In this document: one piece after another, positions 12,403 to 23,853 of the stretch
How the letters are laid out: each line of letters begins with the position of its first letter
Numbering within the stretch: the stretch's first letter is position 1
Assembly: GCF_032062105.1 (NCBI RefSeq)
Contig: NW_026940645.1
Location: 1-64,000 of the forward strand
Direction: 5' to 3'
DNA from: Saccostrea cucullata
Taxonomy: Eukaryota
Length of the DNA stretch: 64,000 bases
Notes under the pieces: model-generated
Seen by the model: only the letters and a program-made list of their open reading frames with translations
What the model was told of the DNA's origin: nothing
Database searches by the model: none
Translations under genes and position numbers: made by a program

Positions 12403-12773
12403 GCCTGAAATAGAGGGAGACTCTACCGCATCACCAGAAAAGCTAGCTCATTGGCGATGCAGTATAAGTTCCCTATATACTCTCCGCTCAGGGAAACTTC
12501 GACCCGAAGCTTAGCATGAGTTCTCTCTGAGTATCTGAGCCTCTCAGCTACGGCAACCAATGCCGTTCCTGGACACGACGTCCGTACCTGGACACAAAGT
12601 CCTAATCTTAGAGCTTTCTGAAACAGATCGGAACCTGACTTCAGATACGGCAACCCCTGCCGTCCACAGACACGAAGTCTGTATATGGACATTAACTACT
12701 AGCTCCAAGACTTCCTGAAGCAGGACACCAGACACCCAGAGTCACTACGCTGCCACAAATTTTGTAACGTGAA

Positions 12774-12819
12774 GCGGTCACCCACCCAAGGGTTAAACAG
12801 GCTCGCCGTTGCTTAACTT
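12774..12819 (-). promoter_or_regulatory. 5S rRNA-derived internal control region, copy 2
   Basis: Same as 12357-12402 with one substitution in box C (GGGTGGG for GGATGGG). Confidence 0.75.
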
Positions 12820-12882
12820 GCCTTAAATAGAGGGAGACTCTACCGCATCACCAGAAAAGCTAGCTCACTGGCGAGGCAGTAT

Positions 12883-13110
12883 ACGGAGAGATTAAGAATG
12901 GAAACGGAGAGATTAAGAATGGAAACGGAGAGATTAAGAATGGAAACGGAGAGATTAAGAATGGAAACGGAGAGATTAAGAATGGAAACGGAGAGATTAA
13001 GAATGGAAACGGAGAGATTAAGAATGGAAACGGAGAGATTAAGAATGGAAACGGAGAGATTAAGAATGGAAACGGAGAGATTAAGAATGGAAACGGAGAG
13101 ATTAAGAATG
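12883..13110. repeat. Perfect 21-bp minisatellite, ~11 units (acggagagattaagaatggaa)
   Basis: Directly visible; produces the METERLR / LNLSVSI / FLISPFP repeat ORFs. Confidence 0.97.
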
Positions 13111-13327
13111 CCCAGGAGTTCAAAGGAAGTGTATTGAAGACATTTAGTGTACAACACACTGTTCAGAATGCAAAAAGTTCCCTATGTTCTGTCCGCTACA
13201 CTAAGTATCTACCTCTGTTTATCCCATGTATCTTATTCAACCTTATAAATATGAACAATATTTATTCACTAACATCACTGTCTTTTATTTACGGAAGCTT
13301 TTTGCTTCTAATTGAAAATATTTTTTA

Positions 13328-13475
13328 AGTCGAAAGTACGAGATAATGTGTTGTACGCACATGATACTATGTCGTAAGTACCAGATACTAGGTCGTTTGT
13401 ACAACTTAACTAGTATGACGTATGTATAAGTTACTTAGTCGTACGTAGGAGATATCAAGTCGTAGGTACGACATA
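13328..13475. repeat. Degenerate ~21-22-bp tandem repeat (aagtcgtacgtacgagatact-like)
   Basis: About six diverged 'gtcgta.gtac.a.ata' units. Confidence 0.55.
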
Positions 13476-13525
13476 TTATTTTTTTTTCATTTCTCATCAG
13501 ATATTCATTAATTTATGATTTTATA

Positions 13526-13742
13526 CCGTATAAGTTGAAATTTTAGCGAGACGCAAATTTAGCGATTTCTGCCTAAAATCTGGTATTTTATTTTTAGCGA
13601 GAAGTAATATTAGCGATTTTAAATAAAGAAGCTATTATCAATAATACACAATTAAATTTTAGCGATATTCAATTTTAGCGATGTCAGCAGCCTCGCTAAT
13701 AATGCCAAAATTAAATCCTCGCTAAAAATTCTACTTATACGG
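13526..13742. mobile_element. Tc1/mariner-type MITE, TA TSD
   Basis: ta|ccgtataagttgaaattttagcgag ... ctcgctaaaaattctacttatacgg|ta; internal 'tttagcga' repeats. Confidence 0.9.
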
Positions 13743-13923
13743 TATTAAAAATAAAACAAAAATTGTTTGAATGAACTGCTCCCAAAGATGGGCGTGCATA
13801 AGACATGGAACCAAAAGGTATTGAGTTTCAGGATATATATAATAGTGCCTAAAATAACTGTATAATTGTATACATGTAATTTAAAAAAAGAAGACTTCCG
13901 TAAATATTGTTTTCAAACATTAA

Positions 13924-15065
13924 TAGCCATTCTCTGTAACCACTTGAACTTCGTTGCCACGCATGGTCACCGATTTTGATGAAACTTCACCCATGCTTAG
14001 TACTTGACACCAGAAACAAATATCAAACAAAATTTCGTTGCTATGTCTCTTGCTATGTCTCTTGGTTGCTATGGCAACAGCCGGAAAAGTTTTAAAAAAC
14101 GAGATTTTCAGCCACTTTAAATCTTGACTGTGGCTTAATAAAAACTTGAAAAAGCAAACAAACCATTCTCAGAAGGGAAAATGTTCGATTTTGTGAACTT
14201 TATATCATTATTAAACCCTGTTTCCCAACTTCTTGCATCCACTTAGAGATTGGATGATATTCAAAATTAAAAGTCAGGTTAGCTGTTAATAAATATCAAT
14301 CATAAAAATTTTGGGAATCTACATTTAAGGGTACGTATCCAAGGAAAGAAAATATTTTTCTGGGTTTTTAGCATATATTTTCTGCTTATTTCCATAGCAA
14401 CGCTCTATTTAAAGAATCTAATCTGAATTTTTTCAAATGGGAAAACTAGGAGCACACCAACATCTTGAAAAATTGATCATTAGTTATGAGGAAATGTGCT
14501 TTTTTAAAAGATAGGATCAGATTTAAGCATACAGAGTGTTATTTTGAAGGCTCTCTGTGGTATAAAATCCTTGGCAACCATTGCCAACCAAAATGAAATA
14601 TCAAATTTTGTTCTTAGTATATGTTTTATGCTCTTTTTTCTATTATTTGGTCACATTTCATCCTTTGATTGCTTTTTATTTTTACGTGTATGACTTTATA
14701 AAATTCAATGAATTTTTTTTTTACTTTTGATTACTTTGTTACCATAGTAACGTATGTAATAGTTTATTTACCAAACATGTTTATCATGCATTTGAGACAT
14801 CTGACCTTCAACTTTTGGAAACAGTCATTGCCAATTGTTCGCTTTGCCGCAAATGTTAACTATGGGGCTCTAAACATGTTAAAAAATGCCATTTTTCGAA
14901 CTTTAAGACATGTTGCCATGGTAACTATAAAGCATAGCAACCAATTTTTGCCTGATTTCAGTTTAGGGTATCAATGACTTTTATCATAGAGAGTTTGGAG
15001 AAATTCTGAGACTATGCGTGCCACGGCTTCTATATAAAATTTCAAGTCATTACAGAGAATGGCTC
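13924..15065. mobile_element. Non-autonomous TIR element with TTAA TSD and (G)AG...CTC termini (Sola3-like)
   Basis: ttaa|tagccattctctgtaaccacttgaa ... ttcaagtcattacagagaatggctc|ttaa; internal gttgccatggcaac-type palindromes. Confidence 0.8.
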
Positions 15066-15902
15066 TTAATTATTACAGATGAAAACGAAATGTAAAGTTA
15101 ACATATATTTTTACAGAACACCGGCATTATCAGATATCGGCTAGCATTTTGCACGTTCTTTTTTGTCAGCATTCGATCAGCTATTCCAAATTAGGCATTT
15201 TTGATACTTGTGACACTTGTATTTGATTCAATCTATCTGTTGTATATTTCTATATACTTAATATAATCAAGCTTACCAAGGGTAAGACTGGCCTCAAACC
15301 CAGGAACACCGGAGAGGGACGGAGGTGCGTCTATGCTCGTCAGTGTCGGGTAGAAGAAGGCGCTAAAAATAGGTGGCCTGTAATCATATAGCCCAACCCC
15401 AAACCCGATGTAAATTAACGTATTTATACTACATTCCCCCCGTTCATGTAGGAAAAGTATTTACATATTAAATTACATGCGTCAATTTAGTACAGTTGGT
15501 TTAAATTTTTTAAACTTTTGCAACTCTTCGTCGAGGCTGTACACATATTTTTTTAAACGAACCCAAAAAGATGTGTAAACATCCAAAATAGTTCGTAATT
15601 AATTTTTTTGTAAGATAAAAATAAAGTCTAATACATGTTACACTCAAGATGTGTAAACATCTAAATGAGTGCATCCATGTAAATGAAATGTTGGCATAAA
15701 ATAAATAATGTATACACAGTTTAATCTAACAGATTTTTTTTGTATTTTAATTGCAGATAAGAACTAGAATAGGTGCGAGAATGTTGAGGTATCGTGATGC
15801 ATGCTTATGTAAAAACAATTTGTTGATGAAGTGTGAACTTCTTTCAACAATCAAATATTTACAAGAAAAGATTTAAAAGATTTATCTGAAAATGTACATT
15901 TA

Positions 15903-18900
15903 CAGTGATTTTCTACTGCCCCGTGTAGGGCCGAATTTCGGCCCCATTCCCAATTGCAAAAACCTACCTTTTTTCCCAAAATTTCCCCCTATTTTTCCCC
16001 TAAAATTATTTGCGTTTAAAATTCGATCGGGATCGGAATTCTAAAAAAAACGTATATCAAATGGCTATGGGAGAAACGTGACGTGAAAATGAGCCACAAT
16101 TCGAAATATTACAAAAAGACCTTGACAAAATGTAAAGGCAACAGGAGCCTTACGGAGTTTTTTAAAAGTAAGTAACAAAGTAAAGAATATCATCATGTGT
16201 TACAGGCAATATGACAGTATAGTATATCCATGAAAATAAAAATGGCGTCGTTCCAAATTTCCTCGAAAACGAAACGAAATCTTTCCTAGTTAAATTTACA
16301 TATTATTTTACTTTTTTCCGTAGCTAAGGGTAATTGTGACGATGAGCTTCAATCAAACGAAAATCAGAATGAAGAAAATGAAACTGATAATGACAATCAA
16401 GCAGAAATTGAATGTGATGATATTTCTGATGGTTCAGAATTAGAGTCGACCTCAGGTCAGGTTGAACAATCTCAGACAGAAAGTCAAAGTGTTGAAACAG
16501 ATAGTGATTTAAGTGAAAATGAAGACAGGGGTGCCATCAGATCTACAAGATAAAAGATTATTCAATGCTAAAAAATATGAGGATCTGTATAAATGGCTGT
16601 ATTTCAGCCACACCAAATGGGGCTATGTATGCAAATACTGCGAAATATTTTCATCTACACCTGATCAACTAGGATCTTCTAGAAAATTTATAGAGGAAGG
16701 TGTCAGTTTAGGCACTCACCCTACACGTAAATTACAGAAACACGAAGATAGCAAAAGACACCAACATGCTCTTCTAAAACATGCATCAGCTGTCACCAGT
16801 AAAAGTAGTAGATCTACTTTATTGAATATTTGGAGCTCAATGACTGATGAAAATTCCAAAAGTAAAATGGATAATAGAAATTATCTTGAAGAACTATTTA
16901 AATGCGCCTACTTTATGATCAGGAAGAAGTGGGCTTTAACAGAAAATTTTGTGCGTTTCGTTGGTCAGGTAGGATGCCAAGAAATCCAAAGATATCTAGA
17001 AAATGACCGTAAAATAACTTACCTGTCATCAAAATCGGTATCAGACATTTTGAAAGCTTTAAGTGATGCAATAGAAGAAAAAGAGTTGGAATCATTAAGG
17101 AATGCACCTTACTTTGCCCTCTTAGCAGATGAAAGCACGGACGAAGCAAATAGAACTCAGTTTGCCCTCTTGGCCAGATGGCCCTCTGAGGGGAAGTTTG
17201 AAGATCGCTACTTAGGTCTCATCAATGTGAAAAAAAAAAACAGATGCTCAGAGTCTTCTGGAGGCAATTCAGCGGTTCTTTTTAGCCAAAGGTCTAGATT
17301 TTGAGAAAGTACGATTCACAGCATTTGATGGTACTAATACAATGAGTGGTGATATATCAGGTATGTTTAATTAAAATTATTAAAATAATTCTTCTTTCTT
17401 AAAGTATCTTTCATTTTGTAATTTTAAAATACGATTTTACATAAGATTTGAAAAAAAATAAAAATCTAAATGAGTATTTTATTATATTTAATTATTTGTA
17501 ACTTTATAAATTTTAGGTTTGCAGAGAAGAGTACGACATATTTCTCCGCATTGTTTATACATTAATTGTCGAAATCACCGACTTGCTTTGTGCTTAAAAC
17601 ACCTGATGCCTACATACTCATCCTTGAAAGATGTTGATAGCGTTCTTTTGTCTCTCTGGAAGTTATTTGAATACTCACCTCGCAGACTCACGATGTTCCA
17701 AGACCTTCAAGAGATGTATGGTATGAAGTCTTATGCACTAGTCAAAGCTGTGTCTACTCGATGGTTATCTCATGAGAAAGCTTGTAGCAGAGTTATTGAC
17801 AGGTATGGGACAATAATAGACATTTTAGATGAGATATACGATGAAAAGAAACAACCTGAAGTATACGGAATTCGCTTTTGCTTGACACAGCAAAATACCG
17901 TTGCCATGATGATGTTATTGTGTGATGTGCTGAAACCCTTGTCACACTTGAGTGTGTATTTACAAGGAGAGTATGTAAATTTCACACACATTGGCACACA
18001 TGTCAGACATGCAACTGATACTCTCCATGACATTTTACAAAAACTGCAAGGACCACAACTTGATCCTGAGCTTAAGTTTTCCAAGATTCAGGATCGAGTT
18101 TTTTTATGAAATCACTGACAGAACACAGTTGGCCATGAGACGTAGAAATCTTCATCACACAACTCCAGATGACTTCATAAGAACCATAGGAGTCCCATTC
18201 ATTTATTCATTGATTGCTGAAGTGGAAGATGCATTTAGATGTACACCAGTTTTGCAAGCACTAGGAATACTAGACCCAAGAAACTTACCAGAGAATATAC
18301 AAGAAATCCCTGGCTTTGGAGATGTAAGCATCTGATAAGCTTAAGTTCTTTTTTTATAATTAAATCTAAATTGTAAAGGAACTATTTAATTTCTATTTAT
18401 ATCAATCAATCATAAAGGATTTTATAATAATATTTAATAAATTTTTAAGGTTGAAATGGACAGGATAGCCAATTTTTATGGAAATCCAAAGGAAGACACA
18501 TTTCAGAACCATGTCACAAGATGTTGCAGTGACCTGAATGCACCTGTCCAGGTGTGTGCAGAGTTTAAAGCATTCAAGCATCAGATGTTTATTATGAGGT
18601 AATTTTTTCAAGGTCATTTATAATTAATATTGAAATTTTGTGATGTTATTACTCATAAATAAATTGTTACAAATTATTTTTGATTTCATTAGTGTAACAT
18701 TTATCTTTTAAGTTTACTTTTATATCTATCAAGAATAATTTTCCCAATGTTACTTACATTTTCTAACACATTATGATTTTAGTTTTTAATTAAACTGGTT
18801 TTTTTTTTCTTGTTTGTTACTGTAACGCATTTAACGCATTCATCCATGAAAAAAAAACCCTAAGCCTAACAAACAGGTAAATTTTATAAAAAAAAGTTTG

Positions 18901-19622
18901 AGGATTATAAAATATAATTTATATATATTGACTGGATTATCTAAGGAGAATAGCATGTATATTTAAATCTTACTCATAGTGACTTCCATAATTTTTTTGC
19001 TAACCGTCTGTATTTAAGGAACCTTAAATGATTTTCATACTGATTCATTCATTGATTATATTATTTCATGATTATAGTGATATTGATATCTATATCTAAT
19101 ATATTGATAGTTATTATATCATTCATAAATTACTTTTAGATCAAGGGGCATCGATTCACCTTTGAAACAGTACCAACATATGAGAGAGGACCCAATCTTA
19201 AGAAACAGTTTCCCAAATATGATGCATCTTCTTGGACTGGCCCTTACAGTTCCATCAACAACAGCAGCTGTTGAAAGATCTTTCAGTTTAATGAACTTGC
19301 TGTGCACAACCTTGAGAAATAGGCTTACTAATTCTTCATTAGATCATTTAATGAGAATTTGCAGTTCTTCATTAAATGATGATGAATTAAATCAGGAAAT
19401 CTTGAACCGAGCAATCACTTTTTATAACACAAAAGAATAGAATGGTTAAATTTTAAGATGTTGTTTTGACAATAAACTTTATTCTGACTCACTAACTGTT
19501 TAATTTTTCTTGAAATATAGTTTTACATTAGCATATCAGAATTTCCCAATTTTTGATAAAACGTAAAATTCCCAATTGCAAGGGCCCGGGCCCCATTCCC
19601 AAATTGGTGTGGAAAATCCCTG
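15903..19622 (+). mobile_element. Full-length hAT DNA transposon with 5-bp flanking duplication ATTTA
   Basis: attta|cagtgattttc ... gaaaatccctg|attta; subterminal 'ggccccattcccaa' motifs at both ends; encloses a hAT transposase. Confidence 0.88.
16089..19440 (+). CDS. Spliced hAT transposase (ZNF862/ZMYM1/KIAA1586-like); exons ~16089-16167, 16324-17360, 17517-18323, 18450-18598, 19140-19440; three frameshifts
   Basis: TTF-type zinc finger (YKWLY...CKYC...HEDSKRH), FALLADESTD, FDGTNTMSG, CRNHRLAL, STRWLS, and dimerisation motif VPSTTAAVERSFSLMN...LRNRL; GT-AG introns that keep the frame. Confidence 0.88.
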
Positions 19623-19699
19623 ATTTATCAAGCATAAAAATAGTAGTCACAGATATCAGCTATTACAATAATCTTTCAGGTATTTGGAAGTCTTGACTA

Positions 19700-21121
19700 T
19701 TCTCCCCCCTCTTGTCCTAGTAGAACTAACACTTTGTGTTTTGTAGGATTCAGAGGATGAAGCAACATCTGGCGGAGGTTCAAAAGCCGGAGAAACCTCT
19801 AATAGAGTGATGCCACCAGTGTCTTCACCAGACTAATTAGTAACCTGGGTCTCAGTGGAATCACTAGTGACATCACCCTGCTCATGTTCATGATCATCTT
19901 TAGAACGTATATTTGGTGAAGAGAAATAGTCTGGTCTATTACCAAGTACATTGTAGAATCCTGGAATCAGGAGGGATATTTCCTGTATCAGAATCCTGGA
20001 ATCAGGAGGGATATTTCCTGTATCGACACTGTGTTTTACTTCTTTCCGACACCCTTGATCTAATTTGACCTGCTCTTTATCTACCCCTACTCCTAACTTA
20101 TCAGAAAGATCTTGATTATGGATAGATTGGGCTAGATTTGTGGGTGTGCTATTGTCAATGGAAGTTCTGTTAATGACAAGTTGAGGATCTATTTCATTTG
20201 TCACGTCATCAACTGACTCTGCATTTCCAATGTTTTGACCTACTTTTAATTTTACAGTTTTGTTTGAGTTATAGACAGCCTTCACTTTCAGAGTCTCACC
20301 TTCACCCAGAATTGAAGAACACAGAAATTTTGAAGAATCAAAGGGTTCTACTATGATATTGGAGTCTAAGGGCCTAATTAGAGCACAGCTGACAAACCCT
20401 ACTGAATTTGCTGGTATGATAGTTCTACTTTTAACAGTTACCCTTGCAACTTTGATTTGTTCATCTTGTATGTTCCTTATATTTGCTGTTATTGTTTGAT
20501 TGCCAATTTCTAAGATATTTTTTGAGGTCAATAACACAATGGTTGGCCTCTAAAAAGTCTTACCCCAAAATTACTGTTTCTTTCATGTCAACTGCACACA
20601 TATCGATAGAATATGATTGAGATCCTATATGACACAACACATTTTTGTACAGTTGCCCTATTATTTCATTTCCACCTAAACCTTTGAGTGTCATGTTTTT
20701 GTGAAATAAGAGTGGAATTGTTTTCACTCGGGAAAATACCTTTATTGACCAGGGTCACCATAGATGCTGTGTCAACAACTGCTGTTGTTTGGTGGCCATG
20801 GTCAACAACAGGAATCTCCAGAGTCAAACCTTTTGAAATTTGATTGATGTTAACTTGAAAATTCTGACCTTGTTGTTCATCATTAACCAGGCTACAGTCA
20901 GCTGTTCTGGAGTTTAAATTTTATGAAAAATTTGGGGAGTTGGTTGAGGACTGTGGTTTTGATGGAGTAGACCTATATGGACTTGGTGTTCTATATTTAA
21001 CTGAATTTTGAGTGCTTTTGAAGGAACTGTTAGATCTGAAGGGTTGAGAGTACTTCATAGGACTGCTTGACCTTGACCTAGATTCAAACCTTGGTGTATA
21101 TCTTGAAATCTCAAATCTCAA
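19700..21121 (-). mobile_element. Gypsy-like LTR retrotransposon remnant (gag end, aspartic protease, linker; pol deleted)
   Basis: Minus strand AVVDTASMVTLV and VILG*DFLEAN protease motifs, Arg/Ser-rich gag tail, ORF 19833-20537, purine tract (complement of tctcccccct) at 19701-19710. Confidence 0.65.
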
Positions 21122-21709
21122 TGCTTTCCTTGCATGGCCGCTTTAAAATTGTGAACGAAATTTTTTTGCGGCCGATTTGATGAATACGATAGTGAAGTGA
21201 TTTACAGATCTTCTTTTTCAAGAATATCACACTTTATTTCATAAGTAATTCATAGCCCATGGCAAGAAATAAAGAAGGACAAGATAAGATCCCTATTTGG
21301 CCCCCGATTTGGGGAGTCTTTCAGAATGATCCATCAGTTTATCCATAAAATCCTGTTGTCATCCCTGCCACAAAATGAGTAATGGTTCAGATTTAGAATA
21401 TATAGAGGTCTCAGACAGTTCAACAAATAGGTCTTTTTTCATTTTTATGCAAATTTTCATCGATTTTACAGCACATTTTGTTTCGGATAACATAGAGCAC
21501 AAGCTTTCCTATCTACCAAATTTATATATTTTTTAAACTAGTATCAGTTGCAGTATTTGTAAAAATCTCGGATAGGCAATCTTGTGCTCTATGTTTTCCG
21601 GAGAGAAAAGTATCTCAAATATGATGAAATTCCACCAGAACTGAGGAAAATCTGGAAATCGACTTACTTCTGCACCCCCTAGTAGCTTCCATGTAAACTT
21701 TGAATGTAA

Positions 21710-23047
21710 GGCCGCAATTAAAAATATCTTTGTTTCCCCTAACCCGACCCTTAATTCTCAAGTTGGGTCGGTAGGTAGGTAAACATTTTTTTTTCTGACA
21801 GCAGCTTTGAAAATACTTTCTAAAATATAATGGAAAATTAACCTTAAATAAATTAGAAAATTACAAAAGAAAGCGATTTGTGAACAAAATGCTAAGTATC
21901 ATACATATGCCGTTTAAAAGCAAAATTCATGATTAATAATTCACAACTGTTATTTAGTTGAACTTGTGAACTTCAAGGGTCTAATCAAAGAAAAATACAC
22001 TGGACGTCTCAGGAAGCCGAATCATGATTTCAAAACTATTTGGAAAGAGTATGTAAACAATATTTGATTGAACCAAACCGAATCTACAAATGATAAAAAT
22101 GCCACATACAATTTTATAGTCACGAAGTTAAAGACATAAACAAAGGTAACTCTGTAGAAAGGACATCTGAATTATATTTATTAGGGTGAATATGCAGACA
22201 TATTTAAAACAACTCCTATGGTTCAATAATGGCATATAGTAAACATAGGAACATGGATCAATCAACTGGTTAAATAATCATTTATGTAATGTAATATTAT
22301 TTCAATATGTTTGAGGTATCAGTCATCCTTAGTTAATTAAAGATTTACTCAGTGGATGATGGTTATTAGATCAAAACTCAAATTAAATACAATGCAGTGA
22401 AATTTAATGATGTGTTTACTAGGTGAGCTCCTCATCTACTTATGAGGCGGGTCGTACCATGTATTACGTACCTTAAATTCAACAGACATGTTTGTTGTTT
22501 AACATCCCTTTCGAAAATTTATTCATTCACATGGAGACGCCAAGTCTTAATAAGTAATGTTAAATTTTATTATCGAATTGCCTCAAAAGTAGAGAATTCT
22601 AATTAGCTTTTAAGACATAAGATTGAGACGTCACCGTTATTTTATGAAGAACTACCGTATATACTCGCCTATAAGTCGGTCCGCCTATAAGTCGGTTGTA
22701 CTTAATAAGCTTATATTTCAGATGGACTGACCTCATATAATACCATTCTTTTTATAGTTCGCCTATAAGTCGGACACAGAGTTTTTGACCAGATATTAAC
22801 TCCCCCCCCCCAAAAAAAACGACTTATAGGCGAGTATATACGGTAATTCTCGGTTGTCACATCTGGGTGCCTTTTGTTTCCAACAAATGCTTAAAAATCA
22901 CAGTAAAACAGATGAAATTGTTTTTATAAAATTTGGTTAACAATAAAAATAATATTTGAATCATCTTATTTAAAAAATCTTTTCAGTCGGTGCGATTAAA
23001 TTGGGTCGGTCGCGTTAGGGGAAATAAAGGTATTTTTTATTTTGGCC
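21710..23047. mobile_element. GGCC-terminated MITE with TAA TSD (Zator or PIF/Harbinger type)
   Basis: taa|ggccgcaattaaaaatatctttgtttcccctaacccgacc ... ggtcgcgttaggggaaataaaggtatttttttatttggcc|taa. Confidence 0.8.
22655..22843. mobile_element. pogo/Tc1-mariner-type MITE, TA TSD
   Basis: ta|ccgtatatactcgcctataagtcg ... cgacttataggcgagtatatacgg|ta, perfect 24-bp TIR. Confidence 0.92.
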
Positions 23048-23853
23048 TAATTTAGTATTTTTTTTTAAAGTTAGCATCATTTTAACTTCTTAAGTTCAAA
23101 CTATCACTATTTTAACAATATTCTGAGTTTTACATCAAATGAGGGGCCAGATTCGGCCTTTATCCTATATTGTCCATTGATGTAAAAAATTAATAGATGT
23201 AATGGCGTAATTTAGTGACAAAATGGAGAAGAATAAAACAAAAAGCGGAAAGTTGGCTGGGCTAATTATTCCCATTTACATATAGAAAGCTTTGAATTCT
23301 GCACAAATATTACATCAGTAAATGGTGATCATGAGCAAAATATTGTGCATGAAAATTGTCCCATTAATGAAATCCGAGAAAAATATTCTTTCAGACTTTC
23401 AATGTGTAAAGAAAAGACTTTTCGAATGAGCATATTTTGAAAAATTTCAAAAGCGTAAAAAAAAATAATAAAGTCCCCCTTATCATGTACTGGGCAATGA
23501 AAATTTTGCCATAGATTGGCCTTGAAAAGCAAACCGATTCCTATGGAGAAAATTATACATTTCCACACGATTATATCACTCAACTATATATAACTGAGAA
23601 GGGCTATCTTCTTTGGCACCGCTTTCAGCAAGGTACAGAAAAAAATATAAGGTAGTTCTATAGGGTTTTAACCTTGACCTACGAACATCGTCTTAAGTCA
23701 GTGGACATCTATTGAGCAGCGGCATTTCGACAGAGAAGTATGAGTCTCATTAGACCAAGGGGAGAAAAGATATTCTCCGAACAAGGATTCTTTAAATAAT
23801 TCTGTCACACTCTTTCAGCTATACAATGGGAGCAACTTCCTTATGCCGGGGAC

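Larger units (their letters stand above)
12346..13200 (-). mobile_element. Non-autonomous LTR retroelement (TRIM-like) with 5S rRNA-derived sequence in both LTRs
   Basis: Direct repeats 12346-12466 and 12763-12883 (5 differences in 121 bp) starting TGTAAC. Outer end ...gctaca at 13200. PBS-like TGTGGCAGCG at 12748-12757 (minus); ~270-bp non-coding interior. Confidence 0.75.
21277..23175. mobile_element. Old TIR element hosting two nested MITEs
   Basis: ggacaagataagatccctatttggccccc ... ggggccagattcggcctttatcctatattgtcc (imperfect inverted match). Confidence 0.45.

Noticed and set aside
12883-13110. CRISPR-like array
   Set aside because: Head-to-tail repeats with no unique spacers, no cas genes, eukaryotic context; the same applies to the 42-bp and other 21-bp arrays.
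12840-13159. METERLR / LNLSVSI / FLISPFP repeat ORFs as proteins
   Set aside because: By-products of a stop-free 21-bp minisatellite open in several frames.
15280-15442. Possible LTR end with adjacent purine tract (taca|ttcccccc)
   Set aside because: No second LTR, PBS or TSD found.
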